From assembly GCF_009914755.1 (NCBI RefSeq), contig NC_060942.1: a stretch of 64,000 nt of DNA; one strand, given 5' to 3'. The notes below the pieces were generated by a model. It did not search any database. It was not told where the DNA came from and was given only the letters and a program-made list of their open reading frames with translations. Shown piece by piece: positions 1 through 13,909 of the stretch (position 1 is its first letter; every line of letters starts with the position of its first letter). The position numbers were made by a program, and so were the translations under genes. The DNA comes from the human T2T-CHM13v2.0 reference genome, Homo sapiens.

Positions 1-64
1 TGCTTCTGTTGTTAAGTTGCCAAATTAGTGAATCCTGGAACAGCCCTATCTCTGTACTTCATAA

Positions 65-391
<327 letters not shown>

Positions 392-1042
392 TGAATGCAT
401 TTTGCTCATTTATTAGAAATGTATTAGACCATTTCTGAGTCTCTTATTATTAGTGGCCCAAAGCATCCTAAGCAAATTGTGACTTATATTGCCCTATCTA
501 TTTAGAAAGGTCGCTGATCAAGCGATACCTTAAAACGTATGGTTGTTTTGTTTTAGCAAGGCTTCTCTTAGAAAATATAAACTTAACCAGGCCTTCTTTT
601 CTGCTTGTGTGGTACAGTTTTACCTGCTGAAAAATGAATAGCTATTTGCACAGCAATGTTAAAAGGTTACATGATGCAACTGCAAATATTCACTTATTTA
701 GGCTATTGTTTACGTTCCATTATGGATGAAAACTGCCTATATGCATTTTTGGTATTTCTAACTCCAGAAATCTGGATGTATTATACACATGAAGTATCAC
801 ATTTTATCTTGTGTTCAAGAGATTCTGGCTAGGTCCTACATGGTATCTCTTACAGGGACTAATTTTAAATAAAAACTAATAATTTTTTTCTAAAGGTTTC
901 CATGCCTAATAGTCCTGATGGTGAACCCCAAATCATTGCTGCTTGTTTGACACACCAGGAATGCTTATTACTTATTATATACACTAAGGAGAATATGAAG
1001 ATCAGTGGTTCAGATTAGATAATGTATATGAAAATCACTGAA

Positions 1043-1329
1043 TTTTTTTTTCAATTGAGTCAGGGTCTTGCTCTGTTGCTCAGGCTGGAGTGCAGTGGTG
1101 CAATTATAGCTTGAACTCCTGGCCTCAAGCCATCCTCCTGCCTCAGCCTCCCATGCAGCTGAAACTACAAGTACATACCACTACACCAGCTAATTATTAT
1201 TATTTTTTCCATAGAGACAGGGTCTCACCTTGTTGTCCAGGCTGGTCTCAAACTCCTGGCTCCAAGCAGTCCTCCTGCCTTGGCCTACCAAAGCGTTGGG
1301 ATTACAGGCATGTGCCACCATGCAGGGCC
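1043..1329 (-). mobile_element. Alu SINE (AluJ-like, diverged)
   Basis: Antisense Alu motifs cagggtcttgctctgttgctcaggctggagtgcagtgg and ttgggattacaggcatg. Confidence 0.92.
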
Positions 1330-2809
1330 TGAAAATACTTTAAATAACTAAATTATTTTCAATCTCCTTTACTCATCTTTTAAGGATAATTTCATCCTTT
1401 CAGGAAGGGTTACTGAGATACAAGATAAAGCATGTTGCTCAAGGTCTCCCGACTACTACTACTACTAATAATTTAAAAAGGCCCTGAGCTGGGATTGAAC
1501 CGCAAGTCCATCTTACTACAGAGCCACATCCCAAATTCTTTTCAAGGTGCAGGGATTTCCCCAAGGCCTTCACCATGGCCACCTTCCTGCAGAAATTGCA
1601 ATACGTACTAAACTGCTCAAAAGGTGTGCAAAAGGAGAGGGTGGAAGCAACAGACCTCCATACTGTACATACACAGAGTAAGCTGTACAAATTTTCTAGT
1701 TACCCTTAAGTCCTGCCTAAGGCAATCAAATAAACAATCTTGGGACACTAAATTATCTAATTCGAACCACCGAACTTTATATTCCTCTTGGTGTATATAA
1801 TAAATAAATTAGCACTCCTGGTGTGTCAAACAAACCAGCCATGATTTGGAGTTTACCATCAGGACTGTTAGACATGGAAGCATTTTTAAAAAATCAGTTT
1901 TTGTGTAAAATTAGTCCCTGTAAGAGATACAATGTGGGACCTAGCCAGAATCTATTGAACACATGATACAATACTATTTTTAACATTAGAGCATAAATCA
2001 TGCACTGTCTAGTTACTGTGTAAGTAACTACAACTACTAGTTACTTTGTTAGTCTAGTAACAACTTCTGACACCTGGGCATATTCATGAAAGTCTTTACC
2101 ATGTGTAATAAAGGCTCATACAGAGCTTCGTCACTACAAATTATGAGAATTAAGGTCTCAGTTCCCATCTCTTAAGAGTAGAATTGTCTAATTCTTAAAA
2201 CCATACTTGAAAAAAATCCCTTATGATACAAAAAGTTAGAAACAGTTTTTTTCTTTACCAGAAAAATAATTTAAATAATCTTTCAAATTATGTAGTTCTT
2301 CTGCAGTGAAGTGTAAGAAGATGACAGTGAAATGGCAACATATGCTTTGCTGAGAAAATCAGGAAAAAGAGGAAAAACTCAGAATTCTGCAGTCGCTTTG
2401 GGATTGTTCATTTACAATAGTTCCATGGCTACCATCACCAAGCTGTGGGGTCTGTGCCCATCATTCCATGTCCTCCAATCTCTAGTTCTCCCCACAGCAT
2501 CTGTTCAGGGGTTTCTACCTTGCATGCATACTCACCTCTATTCAGCCCCGCCTAGTAAACCATCACAGTCGATGCTGATGGCCCATCCAACATGAGCCCT
2601 ATATGTTCTTGCCCTTCTCTACTCCAAAGATCTTGACTTCCATCCAGTTCAGCAACCCACCCCCATGACCACATCCTTGACTTTGTCTTCAGTGGGAAGT
2701 GCTCCAGCTCTGAAAACTTAAGCATTATAATCCCCTTTGCTCTGTAACCTTCCATTTTCTACCTTTCTTATGTCCCTGGAAGCAGCTAATCTAATGGGGA
2801 AATGGGGGC

Positions 2810-2990
2810 AAGTTTTAGAAGCAGAGATCTGGGTTTAAAAGTTGGCTCTGCCACTTGCTGGCTGTGTGACCTCAGGTAAATTATATTTCTGAGCCTTATA
2901 TTCTTTGTCTGTGACATAGTATTTTGCAGGATTGTAAGGTGGGCTGCATATGACTGAAAGCACCTAGCAACACAGTTGATGCTCAGTGAA
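2810..2990 (+). mobile_element. MIR SINE fragment
   Basis: MIR core ggctctgccacttgctggctgtgtgacctcaggtaaatta; boundaries approximate. Confidence 0.7.
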
Positions 2991-3259
2991 GCTAATTTCT
3001 CCCCTTCCCTCCCGCTTCCTCACACCTATTAACTTTATTGTTCAATCTCACAGAGAATGCTGGTCTCTCCAGTCTCTCGTCCCCCTCTGGGCTTCAAGGT
3101 CAGTCATTTCATTTCTCTGATGTTCCACCACATGGCTCAGGTTAACACCAAGCTTGGGACAATGCACCACTTCCATGCTTCACTCTTGCTCTTGGACTGC
3201 CCAGAACATTTAGCTTGGCCAGGGAGGCCCTGCACATTTCTGTTTCTGAAGCTTCTCAT

Positions 3260-3338
3260 AAGGGAGGAGGAGGAGGAAGACAAGGAGGAGGAGGAGCAAG
3301 ATGAGGAGAAGGAAGAGGAGGAGGAAGAGGAGGAGGAA

Positions 3339-3400
<62 letters not shown>

Positions 3401-3990
3401 GGAAGAAGAGGAGGAGGAAGATGAGGAGGAGAAGGAAGAAGATGAGGAGGAGGAGGAAGACAAGGAGGATGAGGAGGAAGACAAGGAGAAGGAGGAGGAA
3501 GAAGACAAGGAGGAGGAGGAAGATGAGGAGGAGGAAGAAGACAAGGAGAAGGAGGAGGAAGAAGACGAGGAGGAGGAGGAGGAGGAAGACAAGGAGCAGG
3601 AGGAGAAGGACAAGGAGGGAGAAGGAAGACAAGGAGGAGGAGGAAGATGAGGAGGAAGAGAAGGAAGAGGAGGAAGAGGAGGAGGAGGAAGATGAGGAGG
3701 AGGAGGAAGAAGATAAGCAGGAGGAGGAAGATAAGGAGGAGGAGAAAGATGAGGAGGAGGAAGACAAGGGGCAGGAGGAGAAGGACAAGGAGGGAGGAGG
3801 AAGATAAGGAGGAGGAGGAAGACAAGGAGCAGGAGGAGAAGGACAAGGAGGGAGGAGGAAGACAAGGAGGAAGAGGAGAACAAGGAGGAAGAGGAAGATG
3901 AGGAGGAGGAGGAAGATGAGGAGGAGGAGGAAGATGAGGAGGACGAGGAGGAAGATGAGGAGGAGAAAGGAGAGAAGGGGGGGAGAAGCA
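3260..3990 (+). repeat. Compound (GAG/GAA)n polypurine tandem repeat, about 730 bp
   Basis: Nearly pure G/A plus strand built from gag, gaa, gac, gat and aag triplets; it generates spurious poly-E, poly-R, poly-S and poly-P ORFs. Confidence 0.98.
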
Positions 3991-4660
3991 GTCAAAACAG
4001 GATTATAAAAAGAGTGGAATATTTTATGTTTAGAGGAAATACCCCAACCCCATCCTTGATGCCTTCACTTATGTGGAAGAAGAAATCACATTAGCATAAC
4101 AAGTGGCATGATTTACCATCTTGTTGAGCTTGAAGGAGCTGGGCTTGGACAGCTCCTCTTCTGCTCTCCAGGCATTTCTCTGTGATCTTCTACTCCATGG
4201 TCTAGAAGGGTTGCTCCTTCCTCCTCCTGCTAGGGAAGGCTTAGGTCAAGAGCTGCCAGTGACTGGGAGGGGAAGTTAGCCTAAATCAGTAGAGTATTAG
4301 GAAGATCACTTGTCTGCAAATGTATGCTGCATTCTCTAAAATAAGCTTATTTAGTAATATAGGTAAACTTTTGGCATTTGTGTACAGACTTATTTCTTAA
4401 TTGATGTCTAGAAGTCAGGTGGAGGAGAGAAGTGATTTTTGTTGGGTCTCCTTAAAATCCTAAAGTTTATATTTAACAAATTAAGTCTTTTAAAGTTAAG
4501 AATATAGTGCACATATAATTGTGCTGTTCCTATGACAGAGAAATTAAGACAAAAATCACAGTAAACCCTAGGTGAGGGGATCCAGGTAACTGCAGCACAA
4601 ATGCGTTGCAATCAGAGAGTATCTGCTCCTTTCAAGCCTGTTACTGGATCTGCAGGCCCT

Positions 4661-5132
4661 GGTGATGGCTAACTTTATGTCAACTCAGCTAGGCTGCGGT
4701 GCCCAAATGTCTGGTCAACCAACAGTCTAGACGCTGCTGAGAAGATATTTTGGAATGAGATTAACATTTAAATCAGTGGAGCAGATTACCCCCCATCATG
4801 TGAGTGGGCCTCATCCAGTCAGTGGAAGGCCTTTAGAGAAACGATTGAGGCCCCCAGGAAGCAGGAATTCTATCTCCAGGCTGTTTTTGGACTCTGGGCT
4901 GCAACATCAACAACTTCCAGCCCACCTGCCAGACCTGCAGATTTGGGACTTAGCAGCCCTCATAATTATGTGAGCCAATCCCTTAGAATAAATATCTCTC
5001 TCTCCATTTTCCTCTCCCCCAACTCCTCCCCTCTCCCTCTCCCACTTTTCCTCTCCCCACTCTTCTGCTCTTTATCTCTCTCCTCTCTTCATCTAATTGA
5101 TTCTGTATCTCTGGAGAACTCTGACTCATACA
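4661..5132 (+). mobile_element. MLT2-family (ERVL) solo LTR
   Basis: Starts tgatggctaactttatgtcaactcagctaggc, contains gtgagtgggcctcatccagtcagtggaaggcc and ends ctggagaactctgactcataca, as in MLT2 consensus. Confidence 0.8.
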
Positions 5133-5342
5133 GACCCTTTTCCTCGATGTATAACTCTATTTAGACATTAAGTTGAAAGTCTAAATTTAGGGCTTGATGA
5201 ATGATTTCAGGCCTGGCACAAGGGGCTTCCTCACTACCCCCTACCCCATTCCTGTGATAGGTCCTGAGCATCACCATACATTTCTTATTTCCAACTTCAC
5301 CTCAGCCCTCAGTTTCCTTAGAATTCCTTCATTCTTCTCTGA

Positions 5343-5710
5343 TATGGCAGAAGCCACAAGTGCATCTCTAGTAACCTGTCTCCATTCTTCAGTAGAAACA
5401 GAATCCCAGTTTTTAGGTAAACATTTGGCCCTCTAGAATAAAGATCACATTTTCTAGTTTCCCTTGCAGTTAGGCTTTGGCACGTGACTATATTCTGGTC
5501 AATGGATGTTAGAGGGAGGGGCCTGCACAACTCGTGGGCGATGTCCTTCCTTCCTCCTTCTTGCTGGCAGAATGGAGGGGCTAGACTGCCACAAAGTGAC
5601 TTTGGGATAAGAAGCCACACACAGAGGAGCAATCACAGAGAAGTGCCTATGTGCCCTGCATTGTGCCACCACCACCTACCTGAGGCTCATCACTGCTGGA
5701 CTTCTTGGGC
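5343..5710 (+). mobile_element. Old MLT1 (I/J/K-like) MaLR LTR fragment
   Basis: MLT1 motif cacattttctagtttcccttgcagttaggctttggcacgtgactatattctggtcaatgga; boundaries approximate. Confidence 0.6.
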
Positions 5711-5789
5711 TTCCATTTACTTTTAGGTAGACCCTCTTCTAAGTTTTGTATTGAATAAGGCAAAGCTTTAACATTAGAAATGTATTGTA

Positions 5790-6110
5790 GGCTGGGTTCA
5801 TTGGCTCACACCGGTAATCCCAGCACTTTGGGAGTCCAAGGTGGGAGGACTGCTTGAGACCATGAGTTCAAGACCAGCCTGGGCAACATAGCAAGACCCT
5901 ATCTCTACAAAAAATAATTTTAAAAAGTTAGCCAGGTGTGGTAGTGTGCCCCTGTAGTCCTAGCTACTCAGGAAGCTGAGGAGGTGGGAGGATCACTTGA
6001 GCCCAGAAGTTCAAGGCTTTAGTGAACCATGATCACACTACTGCACTGCAGCTAGGCAACAGTGTGAGACTTTGTCTCAAAAGAAAAATTAAAAATAACT
6101 AAAAATAAAG
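5790..6110 (+). mobile_element. Alu SINE (AluJ-like)
   Basis: ggctgggttcattggctcacaccggtaatcccagcactttggga... with two arms and an A-rich tail. Confidence 0.93.
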
Positions 6111-6125
6111 TAATGTAATCCTAAT

Positions 6126-6525
6126 TGTAATGGACTGAATGTTTGTATCCCCCACAGATTCATGTGTTGAAGCCCTAACTCGCATGTGATAATATTTGGA
6201 GATGGGGTCTTTGGAAGGTAACTAGGGTTAGGTAAGGCCATGAGGGTGAGACCTTCGAGATGGGATTAGTGCCCTTATAGGAAGATATACCAGAAAGCTC
6301 TCTCTCTCTCTCTTTCTTCTTTTTGTGTGCACAAAGAAAGGTCATTTGAACACACAGTAAAAAAAGGTGATCATCTACAAGACAGAAAGAGAGCCCTCAC
6401 CAGAAAGTGAATCCTGCAGGACCTTGCTCTTGGACTTTCCATCCTCTAGAACTGTAAGAAAATAAATTTCTGTTGTTTAAGTCACCTAGTCTATGCTATT
6501 TTGTTATGGCAGCCCGAGGGGACTT
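6126..6525 (+). mobile_element. MLT1A-like MaLR solo LTR
   Basis: tgtaatggactgaatgtttgtatcccc...gggattagtgcccttata...aataaatttctgttgtttaagtcacctagtctatg...atggcagccc. Confidence 0.82.
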
Positions 6526-6579
6526 AATTCTAATTAAACACTAATTCTGACTCATGTGTACCTGGCAAGGGATTTCTGA

Positions 6580-6800
6580 TGAGGGAGTTTGGTGGTTAAA
6601 CAACTGATGCTTTGAATTCAGATAGATTTGCATTTGGACTCTACATTACCAACAAGAGCTGGGTAATCTTGACTAAGCTGGTTTACCACCTTAAATATCA
6701 GGTTCTTCTTCTGAAAAATGGAGGTAATATTCAATTTACAAGGTTTTTGTGAAGACTAAATCAATGTGCCGAGCACAAAGTAATAGTTTACTAAATGACA
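6580..6800 (+). mobile_element. MIR SINE fragment
   Basis: ggtggttaaa...tcaggttcttcttctgaaaaatggaggtaata...ttttgtgaagactaaat resembles the MIR core. Confidence 0.6.
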
Positions 6801-7399
6801 GGTAGCCATTGCTACTGTTGTTAAGAATGTTACTACTCTCTATAATGTTTGTCTTAAACATTCTTCTCTCTTCAAGCCTTGAGTTCCATTTCCGTTAATC
6901 TAAGAGATGTTAGTTGGAACTGCTGATGAAAGAGTTCTTAAAATCACATATGGCTCTTTGATTTCCTCTTTCCCATCCACTTTCCTTCTTGAAAAATTTG
7001 GTTGTAACACCACTAGAGCAGAGCCAAGTGGTCCTATGGGCCTGCTCTGGGGAAGCTGCAGTGACCCAGAGAAGGCACTGGAGTCTCGGTGGGTAAAGAG
7101 AATATATGTGTAGGAGGGCTGCTTGTTGTAGGAATAGGAGTCCCATGGGGTGAGGAGGACCTCCATGTGGGAGGGGAAACTGGCTCAGGTCACTGGAGCC
7201 CAGGCAAGTTGAGGAGGGTACCCCCAGAGAGGGAACACCGAGATGAAAGTTAGAGCCTGAGGTGAAAGCACAAGGGCATCCCATAAAGGAGTGGCCTAGT
7301 GTGGGCTGCTGGGGCCTGAGCAAGGTGATGATGATGTGCACATGGGAGGAAGGAACAAACTTGAGGTGTGGAGACTGAGAGGAGGGCATTGTGCAGGGA

Positions 7400-8062
<663 letters not shown>

Positions 8063-8096
8063 AGACACTGTACTCATTGACAATCACTTCCCATTC

Positions 8097-8180
8097 TGAC
8101 TTCCCCTCAACTCCTAGCAACCACTAATCAATCAGCTTGACTTCCCCTCAACTCCTAGCAACCACTAATCAATCAGCTTG
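8097..8180. repeat. Perfect 41-bp tandem duplication
   Basis: tgacttcccctcaactcctagcaaccactaatcaatcagct occurs twice, head to tail and identical. Confidence 0.95.
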
Positions 8181-8496
8181 CTGTCTCTATGAATCCTGTA
8201 CCTATTCTGGACATTTCATGTAGATGGAATCATAGAATATATGACCTTTGTGTTTGGCTTCTTGAAGTTAGCTCGTTTACAAGGTTCATCCATATTGTTC
8301 CATGTATCAGAACTTCATTTGTTTTCATGGCTGAATAATATTCCATGTAGGGATGTACTCCCTTCTGTTATCCAGTCATTAGCTGATGGACACTGAGATT
8401 GTTTTCAGATTGTTTTCACTGTTAGACTATTATAAATGACGCTGGAATGAACATTCATGTATAAGCTTTTGTATGGATATATGTTTTCAATTCTCT

Positions 8497-8502
<6 letters not shown>

Positions 8503-8536
<34 letters not shown>
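8503..8536. repeat. (AC)n microsatellite
   Basis: Uninterrupted run of about 17 AC units. Confidence 0.97.
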
Positions 8537-8540
<4 letters not shown>

Positions 8541-9355
8541 TTGATTTTCTAGGAGTACAAATGTGGGGCCATATGGTAGTACTATCTTTAACTTTTTTGA
8601 GGGACTTCAAAATTGTTTCCAAAGCAGCTTCACAAGTTTACATTCCCATCAGCTGTGTTTGAGAATTCCTATTTCTCCACATCCTAACCAACACTTGTTA
8701 TTGTCTGTGTTTTAAATTATATAGCTATCCTAAGTGGGTGTGAGTATCTCATTGTCGTTTTGATTTGCATTTCCCTAATGACTAATAAGATTGAGCATCT
8801 TTTTATGCGCTTATTGGCCATTCATATATATTCTTTGGAGAAATCTCTCTTTAAATTCTTTGCCTATTTTAAATAGGTTTATTTGTTTTTTATTGATGAG
8901 TTGTGAGGGTTCTTTATATATTCGCAATGCAAATCTTTTATCAGATTATGATTTATAAACATTTTTTCCTATTCTGTGGGTTGTCTTTTGGACTTTCTTC
9001 ATGATGTCTTTTGTAGCAAGAATGGTTTTAATTTTGATAAAGTCCAAATTGTCTATTTTTTCTTTTGTTACTTGTGTTTTTGGTATCACATCTAAGATAC
9101 TATTGACAAATCCAAGATCACAAAGATTTAGTTCAATGTTTTCTTCTAAGAGTTTTACTATCTTAGCTCTTAGAATTAGTTATGATCTTTTTTTGTATGT
9201 GATAATTTTATAAATGGTATAATGTATGATGACTTTTATTTCATTTTTGTCACATTCTTTTGCATGTAGATATCCAGTTGTTCCAGCAAAAGTTGTTGAA
9301 AAGACTATTCCTTCTCCATTGAATTGTTTGGTGCTCTTTTAGAAATTCAATTGAC

Positions 9356-11361
9356 TGGGGGAGAAGCCGGGAGCGAGCCCAGGTGGCAGTCTTGATTCTC
9401 TTTTGGCTAGCAGTTTTTAGGTCTGTCAGTACTGCACTGCAAGAATGGCAGATTTTGGGATCTCTGCTGGCCAGTTTGTGGCAGTGGTCTGGGATAAGTC
9501 ATCCCCAGTGGAGGCTCTGAAAGGTCTGGTGGATGAGCTTCAAGGTTAACTGGCAATGAGGGCCGTGGGTCTGTGGAAAACATGAACCAGCTGTTGCAGT
9601 CTGCCCACAAAGAATCCAGCTTTGACATTATTTTGTCGGGTTTAGTCCCGGGAAGCACCACTCTGCACAGTGCTGAGATTTTGGCTGAAATCACCCAGAT
9701 CCTTCGGCCTGGTGGATGTCTTTTTCTGAAAGAGCCAGTAGAGACAGCTGTAGATAACAATAGCAAAGTGAAGACAGCATCTAAGCTGTGTTCACCCTGA
9801 CTCTTTCTGGTCTTGTGGAAGTGAAAGAGCTGCAGCGGGAGCCCCTAACCCCTGAGGAAATACAGTCTGTTCGAGAACACCTTGGTCATGAAAGTGACAG
9901 CCTGCTGTTTGTTCAGATCACAGGCAAAAAACAAAACTTTGAAGTGGGTTCTTCTAGTCAGCTTAAGTTTTCCATCACCAAGAAGTCTTCTCCTTCAGTG
10001 AAGCCTGCAGTGGACCCTGCTGCTGCCAAGCTGTGGACCCTCTCAGCCAACGATATGGAGGACGACAGCATGGATCTCATTGACTCAGATGAGCTGCTGG
10101 ATCCAGAAGATTTGAAGAAGCCAGATCCGGCTTCCCTGCAGGCTGCTTCTTGTGGGGAAGGGAAAAAGAGGAAGGCCTGTAAGAACTGCACCTGTGGCCT
10201 TGCCAAAGAACTGGAAAAAGAGAAGTCAAGGGAACAGATGAGCTCCCAGCCCAAGTCGGCTTGTGGAAACTGCTACCTGGGTGATGCCTTCCGCTGTGCC
10301 AGCTGCCCCTACCTTGGGATGCCAGCCTTCAAACCTGAGGAAAAGGCACTTCTGAGCAATAGCAATCTTCACGATGCCTAGGAAGGGCCTGACATGGGAC
10401 CCATCTGCTCCTCCAGCCAACTCCTGTCCCTCAAATCCCACCACGGTGTCTCCTCCCACCTCCTCTGGATTTGTTCACTCTGAGATCTATTTGCAGAGTG
10501 GGTGCTTAGCAGACAGAGTGAAGCTGGCTGGAGGGGGTGCAGTGGTGTGTAGTGCTGCTGTGTATCAAAAGACCAAGGTATTATGGGGCCCGGTTACTCA
10601 GCACGGGATGGGTTTCTTCACCTCATGTTAAGAGAAGGGAGTGTGTCCTGAAGAAGCCCTTCTTCTGATGTTAAAATGCTGACCAGAACACTCTTGAGCC
10701 CAGGCATCCTTGAGCATTAACACTCTAACAGAGCTGCAGACCCCTGCCCTGAGTCTCATCTCAGCAATGCTGCCACCTGCTTGTCTTTCAGAGTTGATAG
10801 TTTACTCCATTCTTTGTGACACAAGTCAAGTGTCTCACAACCTCCTCAGGGCACCAGAGGACTCACTCACTGGTTGCTGTGATGATACCCAGTGTCCCTC
10901 TGCCCCCTTCCATCCCCAACCACATTTTACTGTAGCATTGCATCTGTGTCCTGTTGTCATTTATGTTAACCTTCAGGTATTAAACTTGCTGCATATCTTG
11001 AGATATCTTGAGATTCTGCATGTCTTGTAAAGAGAGGGGATGTGCATTTGTGTGTGATGTTGGATAGTCATCCATGCTCAGTTTGGACCATTGGAGGAAC
11101 TTAGTGTCACACACAAATGGGGCTAGTCCTACGCTTAGAATAGGGCCTGTCTGCCCACTTTAGAAGAGCCCAGGTTGATGAGCATTTAGAGGGAAGCAGG
11201 GCAGAACTCTGAACAACAATAAGTCTCTCTGAGCAGAGACCCCTTTGTTCTTGTTACCCACCCGTACGGACTTGGGGTCTATCTTGCCAAATATTTGGAG
11301 AGATTGTGTGGATTTAAGAGACCTGGATTTTTATATTTTGCCGGTAAATAAAAGTGTTCAT

Positions 11362-11393
<32 letters not shown>
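9356..11393 (+). pseudogene. CIAPIN1P: Processed pseudogene of CIAPIN1 (anamorsin/Dre2, cytosolic Fe-S assembly electron carrier)
   Basis: Intronless CDS remnant from ATG 9445 ([30 protein letters not shown]) to TAG 10381 (...SNLHDA*). It spans 937 nt against 939 expected for 312 aa, with 1-nt deletions near 9545 (premature TAA 9547-9549) and near 9795. Cys motifs CKNCTC and CGNC...CASC are present. It also has the 5' and 3' UTRs, AATAAA at 11347-11352, poly(A) at 11367-11393 and TSD agaaattcaattgac at 9341-9355 and 11397-11411. The symbol is inferred from the parent gene. Confidence 0.96.
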
Positions 11394-11396
<3 letters not shown>

Positions 11397-11411
11397 AGAA
11401 ATTCAATTGAC

Positions 11412-12545
11412 CATAAATGTAAAGGCATACTTCTGGACTCTCAGTTCTATTCCATTAATCTATATGACTATCCTTATGTCAGCATCATATCTATATATCT
11501 ATCCTTATGATTACTGGAGCATTTATTAAGTTCTGAAATTGAGGAAAGTGTGAGTATTCCAACTTTGTTCTTCCTTTTCAAGATGTGATGCAACAAACAC
11601 AGCCGTGATTTTGATGGAGACTGCATTGAATCTGCAGATCAATTTGGGGAGCACTGCCATCTTAACAATACTATGTCTTCCAATCCATGAACATAGTATG
11701 CCTTTCCAATTCTTTAGGTCTTTAATTTTCTTCAACATAATTTGTAGTTTTCAGTTTACAAATATTGCATTTCCTTTGTTAACTTTATTCCTAGATTTTT
11801 TGCTGCAATTATAAATGGAAATGTTTACTTAATTTTATTATTGTATTGTTCATTATTAGTGTATACAATTGATTTTTAGTATTGATCTTGTATCATGCAA
11901 CCTTGCAGAACTTGTTTGTTTTTATCATTTTTGGTGGATTTCTTAGTATTTTATATATTAAAAATTTATGTCACCTGAGGATAGTTTTACTTCTTCCTTT
12001 CTCATATTTATGCCTTTATTTCAATTTCTTGCCTAATTGCCCTTACCAGAACCTCCAGGTACACTTCCATGATGAATGGAAGTGATGAGAACAGACATTC
12101 TTCTTGTGTTACTGACTTTAGGGGAAATGGCTAGTCTTTCACAATTAAGTATGATGTTAGTTGTGGGGTTTTCATAAATGTCTTTATTGGGTTGAGGAAG
12201 TTATTTAGTGGTTTTATCATGAAAGGGTGTTGAATTTTGCCAACTGATTTTTCTGTGTCAATTGAGATTTTTGTCCTTTATTCTATTACTATGGTATAAG
12301 ACATGATTGATTTTCATGTTAAACCAACCGTGCCTTCTTGGGATAAATCTCATTTGATCATGGTTTCATATATTGCTGGATTCCATTTGTATTCTGTTGA
12401 AAATTTTTACATCTATATTTATAAGAAATGTGGGTATAGTTTTTCTGTCTTGTGATGGCTTTATCTGATTTTGTTATCAGGGTAATGCTGACTTCATAGA
12501 ATAAGTTGGGAATTGTTCTCTCCTCTTTCATTTTTTGAAAGTATT
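11412..12545 (-). mobile_element. Continuation of the antisense L1M (ORF2 region) after the pseudogene
   Basis: Minus-strand ORF 11526-11738 (WKGILCSWIGRHSIVKMAVLPKLICRFNAVSIKI) resembles L1 ORF2. Confidence 0.88.
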
Positions 12546-13191
12546 TAATTATTTATGCTTAGGCATAACAAGCAAATGGTATAAAATACCAGAGATTCAA
12601 AAGTGTTTTTAGTATCAGATTAAGTCATCCAGGTCCCTCTTCCAGAGTCTCATCACACAATTCCTCTCTCCAGAGGTAAAGATCTTTATCTGTTTCTTCC
12701 ACAGGCATCAGGAACTTATCAGCTACATGATAGATCTCATAAATTCCCCTTAGAGATCTGTTCTTCCTCCTGGGTTAATAACATCATGATCCACATAAAC
12801 TTAAGTTCTCCTTCCACAGCTGTATCAGTTCAGCATATGCTCACCTGCGAATAACAAATATCCTAAAGAACAAAGGGCCTAAATATGAGAATAGTAGTTT
12901 ATTTCTCTTTCATTTGATACTACAAAGCAACAGTAACCAAAACAGCATAGTAGTGGTACAAAAACAGGCACATAGACAAATGGAACAGAATGGAGAGCCC
13001 AGAAATAAGGCCACACATCTACAACCATCTGATCTTTGACAAGGCTGACAAAAACATGCAATGGGGAAGAGAGGCCTATTCAATAAATGGTGTGGGAGAA
13101 CTGGCTAGCCATATGCAGAAGATTGAAGCTGACCCTCTTCCGTATAGCATATACAAAAATCAACTCAAGATAGATTAAAGACTTAAATGTA

Positions 13192-13909
<718 letters not shown>

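Larger units (their letters stand above)
8063..9355 (-). mobile_element. L1M (L1MB-like) LINE, 3' part, antisense
   Basis: Antisense L1 3' motifs cctattctggacatttcatgtagatggaatcata, cattcccatcagc...atttctccacatcctaaccaacacttg and ttgatttgcatttccctaatgactaata. Confidence 0.85.

Noticed and set aside
3057-3995. Long ORFs encoding poly-Glu, poly-Arg, poly-Ser and poly-Pro/Leu proteins
   Set aside because: They are by-products of a stop-poor GAG/GAA repeat. Several frames on both strands are open, 58-bp units shift the frame, and there is no gene context.
9445-10381. Functional full-length CIAPIN1 retrogene
   Set aside because: There are two 1-nt deletions, and the first gives a TAA after 34 codons.
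10710-11030. 106-aa ORF downstream of the CIAPIN1 stop
   Set aside because: It lies in the copied 3' UTR, is called from a TTG start and has no recognisable domain.
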